Assembly (NCBI GenBank): GCA_963727825.1
Contig: CAVSHO010000009.1
Location: forward strand, 96,001 to 160,000
Source: Ignavibacteriota bacterium
GTDB lineage: Bacteria; Bacteroidota; Ignavibacteria; UBA10030
Length of the DNA stretch: 64,000 nt
Reading direction: 5' to 3'
The position numbers and the translations under genes were made by a program. Below, in pieces: positions 30,511-41,024 of this stretch. The number at the start of each line of letters is the position of its first letter. Within the stretch, counting starts at the first letter, position 1. Below the pieces are notes generated by a model that saw only the letters and a program-made list of their open reading frames with translations, searched no databases and was not told the origin of the DNA.

Positions 30511-30678
30511 GTAAGATTAGATGAACATGTTGTGCCGCTCGGTGTTAAGGCGGGGTTTACATGCGTAGGCATAATTATCAACGAACAGTATTTCACAAAG
30601 ACATCTAACATTTGGGGTGTTGATAACAACGAAAAAGGCACAAACTCCAACCGTATTGTGATATTTCGAAAGAACTAA
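30511..30678 (+). pseudogene. Orphan alternative 3' end of the DNA methyltransferase
   Basis: VRLDEHVVPLGVKAGFTCVGIIINEQYFTKTSNIWGVDNNEKGTNSNRIVIFRKN*; 30516-30577 matches 29526-29587 with 9 mismatches. Confidence 0.85.
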
Positions 30679-30736
30679 GACAAAGCAAGTTCCACGGAAA
30701 CCTCTCACTTCTCCCAATCATTTTGTATATTTCAGT

Positions 30737-31582
30737 ATGAATAAGAACGAATTGAAAAGCCTTCACGTGATAATTCATCGTGCGCTCGAAGAAGATTTAG
30801 GTGACGGTGATATCACGACACTGAGCACAGTGCCGAGACATGCTATACTCAAAGGGACATTTATCGCAAAAGAATCCGGAATCATTGCCGGACTCGAAGT
30901 TGTGCACGAGACCTTGAAATATCTTGATCCACGAATAAAATTCACTGCGCATATATCGGACGGCGATCATGTTGAAAAAGGAACTATTCTTGCCACTGTA
31001 CGTGGCAACGGGCGCGCATTATTAATAGCGGAACGAACAGCGCTCAATTTCATCCAGAGGATGTCCGGCATTGCAACAGCAACCCGTCTTTATGTAGATG
31101 CTGTTAAGAGTACGAGAGCCATCATTGTTGACACACGTAAGACAGCGCCCGGCTTACGATTATTAGATAAGTGGGCAGTGCGAATCGGCGGCGGACAGAA
31201 TCACAGGTTCGGCCTATACGACATGGTACTTATTAAAGAGAATCACATTGCAGCGGCGGGAGGAATTACTCAGGCAGTTGCCCGCGTACGTGCGACGGAC
31301 AAAAAGAAACGTCCTATCGAAGTCGAAGTACGCGATCTAGACGAATTACATGAAGCACTTAAACTTAATGTGGATAGAATTCTGTTAGATAATATGACCC
31401 TAGATAAGTTGCACGAATCAGTACGTATCACGAATGGAAGAACGATGCTTGAAGCATCCGGCAACGTTTCACTGGAAAGTGTCCTTGCCATTGCTACGAC
31501 CGGTGTAAATATTATTTCCGTGGGCAAGCTGACGCACTCTGTGCGAGCGTTAGATATTAGTTTTTTAATAAAAGAAAAATAG
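30737..31582 (+). CDS. nadC: Quinolinate phosphoribosyltransferase
   Basis: EDLGDGDITT, DTRKTAPG, NHRFGLYD, IKENH, LLDNM, EASGN. Confidence 0.96.
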   Translation: MNKNELKSLHVIIHRALEEDLGDGDITTLSTVPRHAILKGTFIAKESGIIAGLEVVHETLKYLDPRIKFTAHISDGDHVEKGTILATVRGNGRALLIAERTALNFIQRMSGIATATRLYVDAVKSTRAIIVDTRKTAPGLRLLDKWAVRIGGGQNHRFGLYDMVLIKENHIAAAGGITQAVARVRATDKKKRPIEVEVRDLDELHEALKLNVDRILLDNMTLDKLHESVRITNGRTMLEASGNVSLESVLAIATTGVNIISVGKLTHSVRALDISFLIKEK

Positions 31583-31601
31583 ATTTTTAGATTCTATATT
31601 T

Positions 31602-32654
31602 ATGACACAAGACGAAATTTATCAAGACTTGAGAACAAAGCTGCACGATGTAGTGCCGGATGTTGAATTGCGCTTGAAATCAGAGCTTGCGTTTGAAATC
31701 AACAAGTTGAAGAAAGAACGCAATGCCGTTATTCTCGGGCACAACTATATGGAGCCGGCGCTTTTTCATTCCATACCGGATTATGTCGGAGATTCACTGG
31801 AACTCAGCCGCATAGCCAGCAAAACAGAAAAAGATATTATCGTTTTTTGCGGCGTGCGTTTTATGGCAGAGACAGCAAAAATATTATCGCCTCAGAAAAC
31901 GGTTTTAATCCCGGCAAAGAAAGCCGGATGTTCACTTGCGGATGGAATTACTGCAGAGGATGTCCGTCAATTAAAATCTAAATTTCCAGGTGTTCCGGTT
32001 GTGACATACGTGAACACAAGTGCAGAAGTCAAGGCAGAGTCGGATATTTGCTGTACTTCAAGCAATGCCGTTGCAGTAGTCCAATCGCTGAAGAGTGAGA
32101 CGGTTATTTTCCTGCCGGATGAGTATCTTGCCCGCAATGTTGCGCACGAAACTGGTCGGCACATTATTTTCCCAACTCTCACCGGCAGCGATCCAGCAAA
32201 CGAAACGCTTCTCGATAAACCTATCATCGGCTGGAAAGCACGGTGCGAAGTGCATGAAAAGTTCACAGTAGAAGATATTCAGAATGTGCGCAAACAGTTT
32301 CCCGATGTGTCTATTCTGTCACATCCCGAATGTAGCCCGGAAGTCGTGGCAGCATCAGACTATTCCGGCAGTACTACGCAAATGATTCGTTATGTCCAAC
32401 GCACTAACGCACCGCGTTATCTATTACTAACGGAATGTTCAATGGGCGACAATATTATGGCAGCAAATCCGGAAAAGAATATGCTGCGTCTGTGCAGTGT
32501 TCGTTGTCCGCACATGAATGAAATTACTTTGGAAGATACGTTGGAAGCTCTCAGAAAAACTCAGTATGTTGTCGAAGTGCCGGAAGAAATTCGGGCTCGT
32601 GCATATCGTGCTGTGGAGCGAATGTTGAGTATCATTCCCAAAGCTTCTGATTAA
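31602..32654 (+). CDS. nadA: Quinolinate synthase
   Basis: LGHNYM, GDSLELS, FCGVRFMAE, AGCSLA, YVNTS, CEVHE, HPEC, CPHM. Confidence 0.96.
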   Translation: MTQDEIYQDLRTKLHDVVPDVELRLKSELAFEINKLKKERNAVILGHNYMEPALFHSIPDYVGDSLELSRIASKTEKDIIVFCGVRFMAETAKILSPQKTVLIPAKKAGCSLADGITAEDVRQLKSKFPGVPVVTYVNTSAEVKAESDICCTSSNAVAVVQSLKSETVIFLPDEYLARNVAHETGRHIIFPTLTGSDPANETLLDKPIIGWKARCEVHEKFTVEDIQNVRKQFPDVSILSHPECSPEVVAASDYSGSTTQMIRYVQRTNAPRYLLLTECSMGDNIMAANPEKNMLRLCSVRCPHMNEITLEDTLEALRKTQYVVEVPEEIRARAYRAVERMLSIIPKASD

Positions 32655-32668
32655 TATATATTTAATCT

Positions 32669-34237
32669 ATGAACGAATGTATTGAAACAGATGTTTTGGT
32701 CATTGGCAGCGGGATTGCCGGCAGTATTGCTGCGCTCCAACTTGCAGATGCCGGTATTCATGTTGTTGTTGCAACACGCTCAGTGAATCCGGAAGAATCC
32801 AATACGTTTTACGCGCAAGGTGGAATAATCTATAAAGGGAAAGAAGATTCGCCCGAACTCCTCATGGAAGATATTCAACATGCTGGAGCAGGCTATTGCA
32901 ATCCACAGGCAGTCGCACTTCTTGCGCAGGAAGGACCAAGATTAGTTAAATCTCTACTGCTGAATAAATTATCAATCCCGTTCGATCGCGAAAACGGCGG
33001 TGATCTTTCGCTAGTGCTTGAAGGCGGCCATAGTATTGCACGTATCATTCATGCGGCAGATGCTACCGGAAGCCTTATTGAGAAATATCTGATACAAGCA
33101 CTAAAGTCTAATTCTAACATAACGTTGCTCACCGGTAAAACAGCAGTAGATCTGCTCACACCCGCTCACCATTCACAAAATCGGCAGTCAGTGTATGATC
33201 CCCTTTCCTGCGTGGGCGCGTTTATTCTTGATCAGGGATCCGGACAAGTGCAGCGTGTTCTCGCCCGTGCAACTATTCTCGCTTCAGGTGGATTAGGGCA
33301 AATATTTCTTCGGACGACAAATCCAGCAGGCGCACGCGGTGACGGATTATCTATCGCATATCGTGCTGGAGCGCGAGTGTTAAATTGTGAGTTCGTGCAG
33401 TTTCATCCTACAGCGTTTTATCATCCTAACGCACCATTCTTTCTTATTTCTGAAGCAGTACGTGGCGCAGGCGCACATTTAATAGACTCGAACGGCAAGC
33501 AATTCATGCAGAAGTACGATCCTGAATGGAAAGATTTAGCTCCGCGCGATGTTGTCGCTCGCGGTATCCACCAAGAGATGTTGACTACCGGCGCGTCGAA
33601 TTTATTTCTTGATATAGCCTCTTACATGCATGCAGAAGATATCCGTAATCACTTCCCGTCCATCCACGCGAACTGTTTGCAATATGGCATTGATATGACG
33701 CATGAACCAATACCAATTGTCCCGGCGGCACATTATTTTTGCGGCGGCGTTTGGGTCGATTTGTGGGGACGAACAACGCTCAATCATTTATATGCCGCAG
33801 GAGAGGTTGCATGCACTGGACTTCATGGCGCCAATCGACTTGCTAGTACTTCATTGCTTGAAGGTGTTGTTTGGGGATATAGAGCCGCAGAAAATATTCT
33901 TGACACTTTGAAGGAACATCCTCAACCACGGGCAGAAGAAATTCCGCCATGGCAGGAAACGGGAACATATATTCCGGACTCCGCTCTTATCAGCCAAGAT
34001 ATGAGCGTCATCAAAAACATCATGTGGAATTATACCGGCCTAATCCGCACAAACGAACGATTGCAGCGCGCAATTCGTGAACTACGACATCTCGAATCCG
34101 AAATCGAACGTTTCTACCGCGCCGTAAAATTGACGGACGACATCATTGGCTTACGCAATGCCGTACGCGCCGCTATCATCGTTACCATATCTGCTTGGGA
34201 AAATAAAACGAGCGTTGGCTGTCATTATAGGCAATGA
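32669..34237 (+). CDS. nadB: L-aspartate oxidase
   Basis: IGSGIAG, AQGGI, EGGHS, QFHPT, ISEAVRG, AAHYFCGG, HGANRLASTSL. Confidence 0.95.
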   Translation: MNECIETDVLVIGSGIAGSIAALQLADAGIHVVVATRSVNPEESNTFYAQGGIIYKGKEDSPELLMEDIQHAGAGYCNPQAVALLAQEGPRLVKSLLLNKLSIPFDRENGGDLSLVLEGGHSIARIIHAADATGSLIEKYLIQALKSNSNITLLTGKTAVDLLTPAHHSQNRQSVYDPLSCVGAFILDQGSGQVQRVLARATILASGGLGQIFLRTTNPAGARGDGLSIAYRAGARVLNCEFVQFHPTAFYHPNAPFFLISEAVRGAGAHLIDSNGKQFMQKYDPEWKDLAPRDVVARGIHQEMLTTGASNLFLDIASYMHAEDIRNHFPSIHANCLQYGIDMTHEPIPIVPAAHYFCGGVWVDLWGRTTLNHLYAAGEVACTGLHGANRLASTSLLEGVVWGYRAAENILDTLKEHPQPRAEEIPPWQETGTYIPDSALISQDMSVIKNIMWNYTGLIRTNERLQRAIRELRHLESEIERFYRAVKLTDDIIGLRNAVRAAIIVTISAWENKTSVGCHYRQ

Positions 34238-34377
34238 AGCCGCTAAGTAGTATATACCTCCGATGTATTTCAATTTAAGTTTTTTTGAATATTTCGAGTT
34301 ATTTCCTCCAAAAATGTTCCTTTTTTTATTCAAGAGTTTTAGGTATCATTTAACACATCATTGAAAGGATATGAATT

Positions 34378-35340
34378 ATGTACAGGCCGCAGATCACGGT
34401 TGTGGATTGCACTATCCGCGACGGTGGTTTAATGAATAAATCTAATTTCACGCTGGATTGTGTTCAAGCTGTTTATAAAGCCATCTGCGAATCAGGTGTG
34501 CATGTCGTAGAGTTGGGATATAGAAATAGCCGGAAGATGTTTGATCCAGAAAAATACGGTGTATGGCGTTTCTGCGATGACGAGATGATCAAAAAAGTGG
34601 TAGGTGATCATAAATATCCGGACACTAAGATTGCCGTTATGATGGACGCACACAAAAGCTCCATCGATGATCTACTCCCCAAAGAGAAAAGTCTGGTGGA
34701 TTTGGTGCGCTGTGCCACTTATGTTAAGGATATTGACAAATGCATTATGATTGTAAATGATGCCGTAGCAAAAGGTTATGATACAACCATTAACATAATG
34801 TCCATTTCCACAGCCCCGGAGCGCGAGCTCAATGAAGCGTTGCAACAGATTCACGAAGAAACCAAAATCAAGGCATGTTATATTGTAGACAGTTTCGGAA
34901 ATTTGTATTCTGAAGACATCGATTATTTTGTTTCAAAATACCAAAAACTTTTACCCAGCATCGAAGTTGGTGTTCATATGCACAACAACCAACAGCTTGC
35001 ATTCGCCAATACCATCGAAGGCATCATCCGCGGTGCAAATTATATGGATGGTACTCTCTACGGATTGGGCAGGGGCGCAGGTAACTGCTGTTTGGAGCTT
35101 TTACTCGGGTTCCTGAAGAATCCAAAATTCAATATGCGGCCGATATTAGATGTTATCGGCTCACATATTATGCCTCTCCAGAAAGAAATCAACTGGGGCT
35201 ATTCAGTGCCTTACATGATTACAGGCATTATGAACCGGCATCCGGAGGAAGCCATAAAGCTTATGGCATTACCGGAAAAAGATCCGGCAAAATATAATTA
35301 TCGCGCGTTCTATGAAAGAATGCTGGACCCGGAACCATAG
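34378..35340 (+). CDS. HMGL-like/DRE-TIM aldolase-domain protein (4-hydroxy-2-oxovalerate aldolase-like)
   Basis: DCTIRDGG, VDSFG, HMHNNQQLAFANT, GLGRGAGN. Confidence 0.8.
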   Translation: MYRPQITVVDCTIRDGGLMNKSNFTLDCVQAVYKAICESGVHVVELGYRNSRKMFDPEKYGVWRFCDDEMIKKVVGDHKYPDTKIAVMMDAHKSSIDDLLPKEKSLVDLVRCATYVKDIDKCIMIVNDAVAKGYDTTINIMSISTAPERELNEALQQIHEETKIKACYIVDSFGNLYSEDIDYFVSKYQKLLPSIEVGVHMHNNQQLAFANTIEGIIRGANYMDGTLYGLGRGAGNCCLELLLGFLKNPKFNMRPILDVIGSHIMPLQKEINWGYSVPYMITGIMNRHPEEAIKLMALPEKDPAKYNYRAFYERMLDPEP

Positions 35341-35460
35341 ACAATCCCGCCCGCCGATAGAAAAAGCTCGGTAATGTTGATAACAATTTAAAATGTTCTC
35401 CAAAATAGTCTAGAGACAATTTACGTTTTCCAAATTAATCACAACTAAACAGGAGGCAAT

Positions 35461-36354
35461 ATGATATTTCTTCTCAGTTTAATCATTGTTATCGGAGCTA
35501 TAGTTGTTTGGATCAATGCGCGCAAAAAAGTGCGCGCTGAGCACAATCCATTATTTAAAACAACTGCATCTGCTGCTGGGATCGCAGCGCTAGTTTTTGC
35601 ATTGATCGCTCTTACTCAATGCTTTACACAAATTCCAGCCGGACACGTCGGCGTAGTCGATTTCTTCGGTGTTGTTTCTGACAAACCATTAACGGCAGGA
35701 ATTCAACCAGTTAATCCATTGGCAAACGTGGTGAAATTCTCAATCCAAACGCAGGAACACAAAGAAACAATGCAGGTACTCTCACGTGAGGGTTTGACTA
35801 TCGGGTTGGAAATTAGCGTGCTCTACCGGCTCAACCCAGATTCCGCAGCACAGGTATATAAAACCATTTTAGGTGGAGATTACGAAGGCATCGTACTGGT
35901 TCCACAGTTCCGTGCTATAAGCCGCGCGGTGACTGCGAGTTTCCAAGCCAGTGCACTGTATTCGACGGAACGCGAACAACTCGCTACTTCGATTCAGAAT
36001 GAACTTGGTGCGCTTATCTCTAAACGAGGAGTTATTGTCGAATCAACACCGCTACGCAATGTTGGCTTGCCACCGCAATTAACAGAAGCAATTGAAACAA
36101 AACAGCGTGCCGATCAGGAAAGTCAGCGAATGCAATTTATACTTACAAAAGAAAAACAAGAAGCCGAGAGGAAAAGAATTGAAGCGCAAGGTATCTCAGA
36201 CTTCCAAATCATCGTTGCACGCGGCATCAGCGAGCAATTGCTGCGTTGGAAAGGAATCGAGACAACTGAGAAGCTCGCCAACTCTCCAAATTCAAAAGTC
36301 ATCATCATTGGTGCTGGTAAAGATGGGTTGCCATTGATTTTAGATACAAAGTAA
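35461..36354 (+). CDS. SPFH/prohibitin (band 7) family membrane protein
   Basis: IPAGHVGVV, AIETKQRA..E, EAERKRIEAQG, KLANSPNSKVIIIG. Confidence 0.9.
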   Translation: MIFLLSLIIVIGAIVVWINARKKVRAEHNPLFKTTASAAGIAALVFALIALTQCFTQIPAGHVGVVDFFGVVSDKPLTAGIQPVNPLANVVKFSIQTQEHKETMQVLSREGLTIGLEISVLYRLNPDSAAQVYKTILGGDYEGIVLVPQFRAISRAVTASFQASALYSTEREQLATSIQNELGALISKRGVIVESTPLRNVGLPPQLTEAIETKQRADQESQRMQFILTKEKQEAERKRIEAQGISDFQIIVARGISEQLLRWKGIETTEKLANSPNSKVIIIGAGKDGLPLILDTK

Positions 36355-36387
36355 CTTGATAATCCGGGTTGAACTTACACCCGGACA

Positions 36388-36999
36388 ATGTTTTTGAATT
36401 CATACCACCACAAAATTATTATGAAGAGGATAAATGTGAGACGAAATCATTTTAACGCAAAGATTTTTTCTTTTTTCATCCTCTTTATAATTCTTTTTAC
36501 TTCTTGTCTACTTGGACAAACCATTAAGCCAGATTCGGCACAAATCATTCTAAAAGCTGCCGTAACTAAAACACAATCATCCAAAACGAATGTTCTCCTC
36601 GTTTTTCATGCCACTTGGTGTGGATGGTGCAGGCAATTAGAAACGGCACTCAATGATACAGTGATTAAACCAATAATTGACAAGAACTATATCGTTGCTA
36701 TGGTAGATGTCAATGAGCATGGAGATAAAATACAAAAATCCGAGAATCCTGGTGCGCGGAATTTATTGTCCGACTTCGGAGGGGACAAAGCCGGACTACC
36801 TTTTCTTGTTTTTCTCAATGGGGAAGGTAAAATGATCGCCAACTCCAATGTTATGTCCCAAAAACAGAATATTGGATATCCGGGTTCAAATGAAGAAATT
36901 TCTGCATTTGTGAAGCTACTTCAAAAGACAGCACCGCATATTAATAACAAACAACTTGATGTAATACAAAATTATTTTGAGCTGCACGCACCAAAATAG
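36388..36999 (+). CDS. Exported thioredoxin-family protein
   Basis: Hydrophobic N-terminus, FHATWCGWC, GLPF cis-Pro loop. Start could be 36421. Confidence 0.8.
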   Translation: MFLNSYHHKIIMKRINVRRNHFNAKIFSFFILFIILFTSCLLGQTIKPDSAQIILKAAVTKTQSSKTNVLLVFHATWCGWCRQLETALNDTVIKPIIDKNYIVAMVDVNEHGDKIQKSENPGARNLLSDFGGDKAGLPFLVFLNGEGKMIANSNVMSQKQNIGYPGSNEEISAFVKLLQKTAPHINNKQLDVIQNYFELHAPK

Positions 37000-37019
37000 C
37001 AATTAACTGTGGGCTGCAT

Positions 37020-37798
37020 ATGTCAGACTGCAAAACGCCCGTTCTGTTCATTGGCCACGGTTCGCCAATGAACATTATCTATAAAAACGAATATACTAAA
37101 TCCCTGCAAAAGTTGGGGACTTCTCTTCCAAGACCGGACGCCATACTTGTCGTGTCTGCACATTGGCTTACAGAAGGAACTTTCATCTGCTCTGTAAATA
37201 AGCCGAAACAAATCTACGATTTCTATGGCTTCCCCGATGAACTCTATGCTGTAAAGTACCATCCTCCCGGCGCGCGCGCAATCGCCGAGTCCATCGCGCA
37301 GGAATTAAAGTCCGACAACATCCAACTAGATGCCGAATGGGGAATCGACCATGCCTCATGGGCAGTACTTATTCATATGTATCCTAAAGCAGATATTCCA
37401 ATTTTTGAAATGAGTTTAGATCTAACGAAGAATGAAAAAGAACATTACAGCTTAGGAAAAAACTATCATATCTTCGCAGAAAGAACATTCTCATTATGGG
37501 CAGCGGGAATATCGTTCACAACCTGCGCCAGATTGATTTTGATGAAAATGCCAAGCCATTCCCGTGGGCAATCGAGTTCGATGAATATATTAAAGATGCG
37601 CTTCTTCAGAAAGACCATGACCGGTTGATTCGCTACAAAGAATTGAGTCCTGTCAGCCGACTTGCCGTACCAACGAACGATCATTACCTGCCGTTCCTCT
37701 ACAGCGTTGCATTGCAAGAAGAAGATGAGCAGATTGGGTTTGTTCACGAAGGCATCCAAAACGGATCGATGTCGATGAGATGTTTCACAATTCAATAA
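37020..37798 (+). CDS. ygiD: 4,5-DOPA extradiol dioxygenase (LigB family; frame break in the A-run near 37460)
   Basis: FIGHGSPMN, VSAHW, YDFYGFP, GIDHASW, then GSGNIVHNL, PTNDHYLP, SMSMR. Confidence 0.88.
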
Positions 37799-37811
37799 TA
37801 AGGAATACATC

Positions 37812-38141
37812 GTGATCATTAAAAATATTCCATTTGAAATAACCGATTGGTCCGAAATTAAATCTGAGCGGCATGAAGGTGAAACCGGATACGCCCTTTG
37901 GAAGGTGCGCCAATGCGGTGATATCCGTGTGCGTGTTGTGGAATACTCGGCTAACTATAAAGCCGATCATTGGTGCACAAAAGGGCACATTTTGTATTGT
38001 CTCAAAGGTAAGATAACCACTCATCTGAAAGACGGCCGAGTAGTCGAATTGCGTAAAGGCATGTCGTATCAAGTCGAAGATGAAAATTATCCGCATAGTT
38101 CTTACACAAAGGACGGTGCAGTATTATTTATTGTGGATTGA
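37812..38141 (+). CDS. DHCW-motif cupin fold protein
   Basis: HEGETG, ADHWCTKGHILYC, GMSYQV. Confidence 0.85.
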   Translation: MIIKNIPFEITDWSEIKSERHEGETGYALWKVRQCGDIRVRVVEYSANYKADHWCTKGHILYCLKGKITTHLKDGRVVELRKGMSYQVEDENYPHSSYTKDGAVLFIVD

Positions 38142-38188
38142 ACTCATATAATTATCGTGCCGTTTTGTTTACAATCTAAGGGGGTCAC

Positions 38189-41014
38189 ATGAATAGGCGT
38201 CGTATTTTTTTACCATTCTTGCTTTTCAGTTTGTTACTTATTGTTTCCTTTTACATATCTCAAGCGCAGCAGACTTTCAAACTGGATCAAGTTCTTACTC
38301 ACGATCCGAAAATTATAATAGGCAAATTGGACAACGGATTGACTTACTATATTCGTGAGAACCACAAACCGGAAAAACGTGCAGAACTGCGCTTAGCTGT
38401 CAAAGCCGGTTCAATTCTCGAAGACGACGACCAGCAAGGACTGGCGCATTTTGATGAACATATGGCATTCAACGGCACAAAGAGTTTCCCAAAGCAAGAC
38501 ATTATCAACTTTCTTGAAAAATCCGGAGTGCGTTTTGGTGCAGATTTGAACGCATACACCAGTTTCGATCAAACCGTGTATATGCTGCAAGTGCCAACCG
38601 ACTCTCAGGAAGTGATGGAAAAAGGATTCCAAATTCTTGAAGAATGGAGCCACGATGTTTCTTACGACGACAAAGAAATTGATAGAGAGCGCGGTGTTGT
38701 AATCGAAGAATGGCGATTGGGTCAAGGAGCAAGCAACCGTATTTGGATGAAACATGTTCCATTCGAACTCTACAAATCACAGTATGCCAATCGTATGCCG
38801 ATTGGGAAGAAGGAAATCCTGGAGTCGTGCCCCCATGATGCTCTCCGTAGGTTTTATCATGATTGGTACCGACCGGATCTGATGGCGGTGTTTGCTGTCG
38901 GTGATTTCAACAAAGATGAAATCGAAAAGCTTATCAAGGAACATTTTTCACATCTAAGAAATCCTGAGAAAGAACGTGAACGCCGGCAATATCCTGTACC
39001 GGACAACAAAGAAACACTGGTATCCATTGCTACCGATCCGGAATTAACCAGAGCTTCTGTTGAGGTGATGTTTAAACGCGATACAAGTAGTCAATCCACG
39101 GCTGGAGATTATAGAAATGAAATCATCAGCAATCTCTCCAATGCAATGTTGAATGCACGATATAGTGAACTGGTCCAGACACAGAATCCACCATTCATCT
39201 ATGCCTACAACTATGACGAAAGATTCATCGGCCCAAAACAGGCATATAACTTCGGTGCAGTCGTAAAAGAGAATTCTATTCTTAATGGATTTGAAGCCTT
39301 AATAACAGAAGCATTTCGTGTGAAGCTGCATGGATTCACTGTAACCGAACTTGAAAGGCAAAAGGTTCAATTTTTACGAGAGATGGAAAAGTTTTTTAAG
39401 GAACGGGATAAAACTGAATCGCGACAATTCGTTGATGAATATATCAGAAACTTCCTCAATAATGAACCGATCCCCGGAATCGAAGTTGAGCTTGGTTTAT
39501 ATAGACAATTCCTTCCCGGCATAACCCTTCAGGAAGTCAATAAGCAAACGCAGGAACGGATGACTGAGAACAACCGGGTTATTACTGTCTCTGTTCCTCA
39601 GAAGGACAGCGTAAAAGTTCCGACGGAAGCGGAAGTGCTATTTATCATGAATAAAGTTAGCACAGAACAACTCGATCCTTACATCGATAAAGTGAACACG
39701 GAACCGTTAGTCTCTGACCTTCCCACACCGGGCAAAGTTATGGAAGAAAAAAAGTTTGCGTCGCTCGATGTAGTAGAATGGAAACTCTCCAACGGAGCAC
39801 GGGTTGTCCTTAAATCAACAGATTTTAAGAACGATGAAATTCTTTTTTCTGCCCACAGCTACGGCGGCACATCGTTAGTTGATGATAAGAATTACCTCTC
39901 CGCCGAATTTGCATCCGCCATTGTCGGACAATCCTCAGGAGTTGGTAAGTTCGATCCCATCGCATTGCAAAAGAAACTTTCAGGTAAAATCGTATCCGTT
40001 TATCCTACAATTACACAACTCGCAGAAGGATTCAGTGGTAGTGCATCACCGCAAGATATCGAAACACTTTTCCAGCTCGTGTACCTTTTGGGAACTTCTC
40101 CGCGAAAAGATTCGACTGCATTCTTATCTTTGATGACACGGTATAAGGCATCGCTGCAAAATCGCAGTGTAAGTCCTGAAGCAGCATTTGCCGATACATT
40201 GCAAGTCACATTAACAAATTATCATCCACGAATGCGCCCATTAACAGTTCCGCTGTTGGATGAAATTAATCTCGACGCTGCATTTTCCATTTACAAAGAT
40301 AGGTTTGCAGACTTCAGTGGTTTCGTTTTCTTGTTTGTCGGCAATTTCAAGATTGATTCCATCAAACCGCTTGTTGAGCAATATCTTGCCACACTGCCGT
40401 CGCTCAATCGAAAAGAAATGTGGAAAGATATTGGCGTCGAGCCACCAAAAGGCGTCATCAGCAAACAGGTGAAGAAAGGCATCGAACCGAAAAGCTCTGT
40501 CAATCTTACATTCACCGGACCGTTCGAATGGTCTCAACAAAACAGGTATGATTTCAATTCGATGCTCGAGGTGCTCAATATAAAATTGCGAGAAGTACTT
40601 CGAGAAGATAAAGGCGGAACCTATGGCGTTAATGTATCCGGTAATCCCACGCATTACCCACGGCAGGAATATCATATTTCTTTTCGATGGGGATGTAGCC
40701 CCGATCGCGTTGATGAATTAGTGAATATCGCTTTGCAACAAATAGACAGCGCAAAACTCAAACCGTTTGATTCCGTTTATATCGATAAAGTGCGCGAGAC
40801 TCAACGGCGCGGGTATGAAGTAAATCTGAAACAGAACAGGTTCTGGCTTAACAGTCTCCATTCGTTCTATGAGGACAACGGAAATCCCGAAAAGATGCTG
40901 AATTATCCAAAGTTTGTAAAGAATTTGAATGCCGCCGCAATCCAGAATGCTGTAAAGAAATATTTTAATACAGATAATTATGTGAAGGTGGTGCTGTATC
41001 CAGAGAAGAAGTGA
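38189..41014 (+). CDS. M16 zinc peptidase (PqqL-like), exported
   Basis: Signal peptide, GKLDNGL, inverted zinc motif GLAHFDEHMAF, NAYTSFD, LREDKGGTY. Confidence 0.92.
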   Translation: MNRRRIFLPFLLFSLLLIVSFYISQAQQTFKLDQVLTHDPKIIIGKLDNGLTYYIRENHKPEKRAELRLAVKAGSILEDDDQQGLAHFDEHMAFNGTKSFPKQDIINFLEKSGVRFGADLNAYTSFDQTVYMLQVPTDSQEVMEKGFQILEEWSHDVSYDDKEIDRERGVVIEEWRLGQGASNRIWMKHVPFELYKSQYANRMPIGKKEILESCPHDALRRFYHDWYRPDLMAVFAVGDFNKDEIEKLIKEHFSHLRNPEKERERRQYPVPDNKETLVSIATDPELTRASVEVMFKRDTSSQSTAGDYRNEIISNLSNAMLNARYSELVQTQNPPFIYAYNYDERFIGPKQAYNFGAVVKENSILNGFEALITEAFRVKLHGFTVTELERQKVQFLREMEKFFKERDKTESRQFVDEYIRNFLNNEPIPGIEVELGLYRQFLPGITLQEVNKQTQERMTENNRVITVSVPQKDSVKVPTEAEVLFIMNKVSTEQLDPYIDKVNTEPLVSDLPTPGKVMEEKKFASLDVVEWKLSNGARVVLKSTDFKNDEILFSAHSYGGTSLVDDKNYLSAEFASAIVGQSSGVGKFDPIALQKKLSGKIVSVYPTITQLAEGFSGSASPQDIETLFQLVYLLGTSPRKDSTAFLSLMTRYKASLQNRSVSPEAAFADTLQVTLTNYHPRMRPLTVPLLDEINLDAAFSIYKDRFADFSGFVFLFVGNFKIDSIKPLVEQYLATLPSLNRKEMWKDIGVEPPKGVISKQVKKGIEPKSSVNLTFTGPFEWSQQNRYDFNSMLEVLNIKLREVLREDKGGTYGVNVSGNPTHYPRQEYHISFRWGCSPDRVDELVNIALQQIDSAKLKPFDSVYIDKVRETQRRGYEVNLKQNRFWLNSLHSFYEDNGNPEKMLNYPKFVKNLNAAAIQNAVKKYFNTDNYVKVVLYPEKK

Positions 41015-41024
41015 CATTTCCGCC

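Noticed and set aside
29521-30678. MTase tail pair as a diversity-generating retroelement TR/VR
   Set aside because: The mismatches are synonymous and not adenine-specific, and no reverse transcriptase is present in the window.
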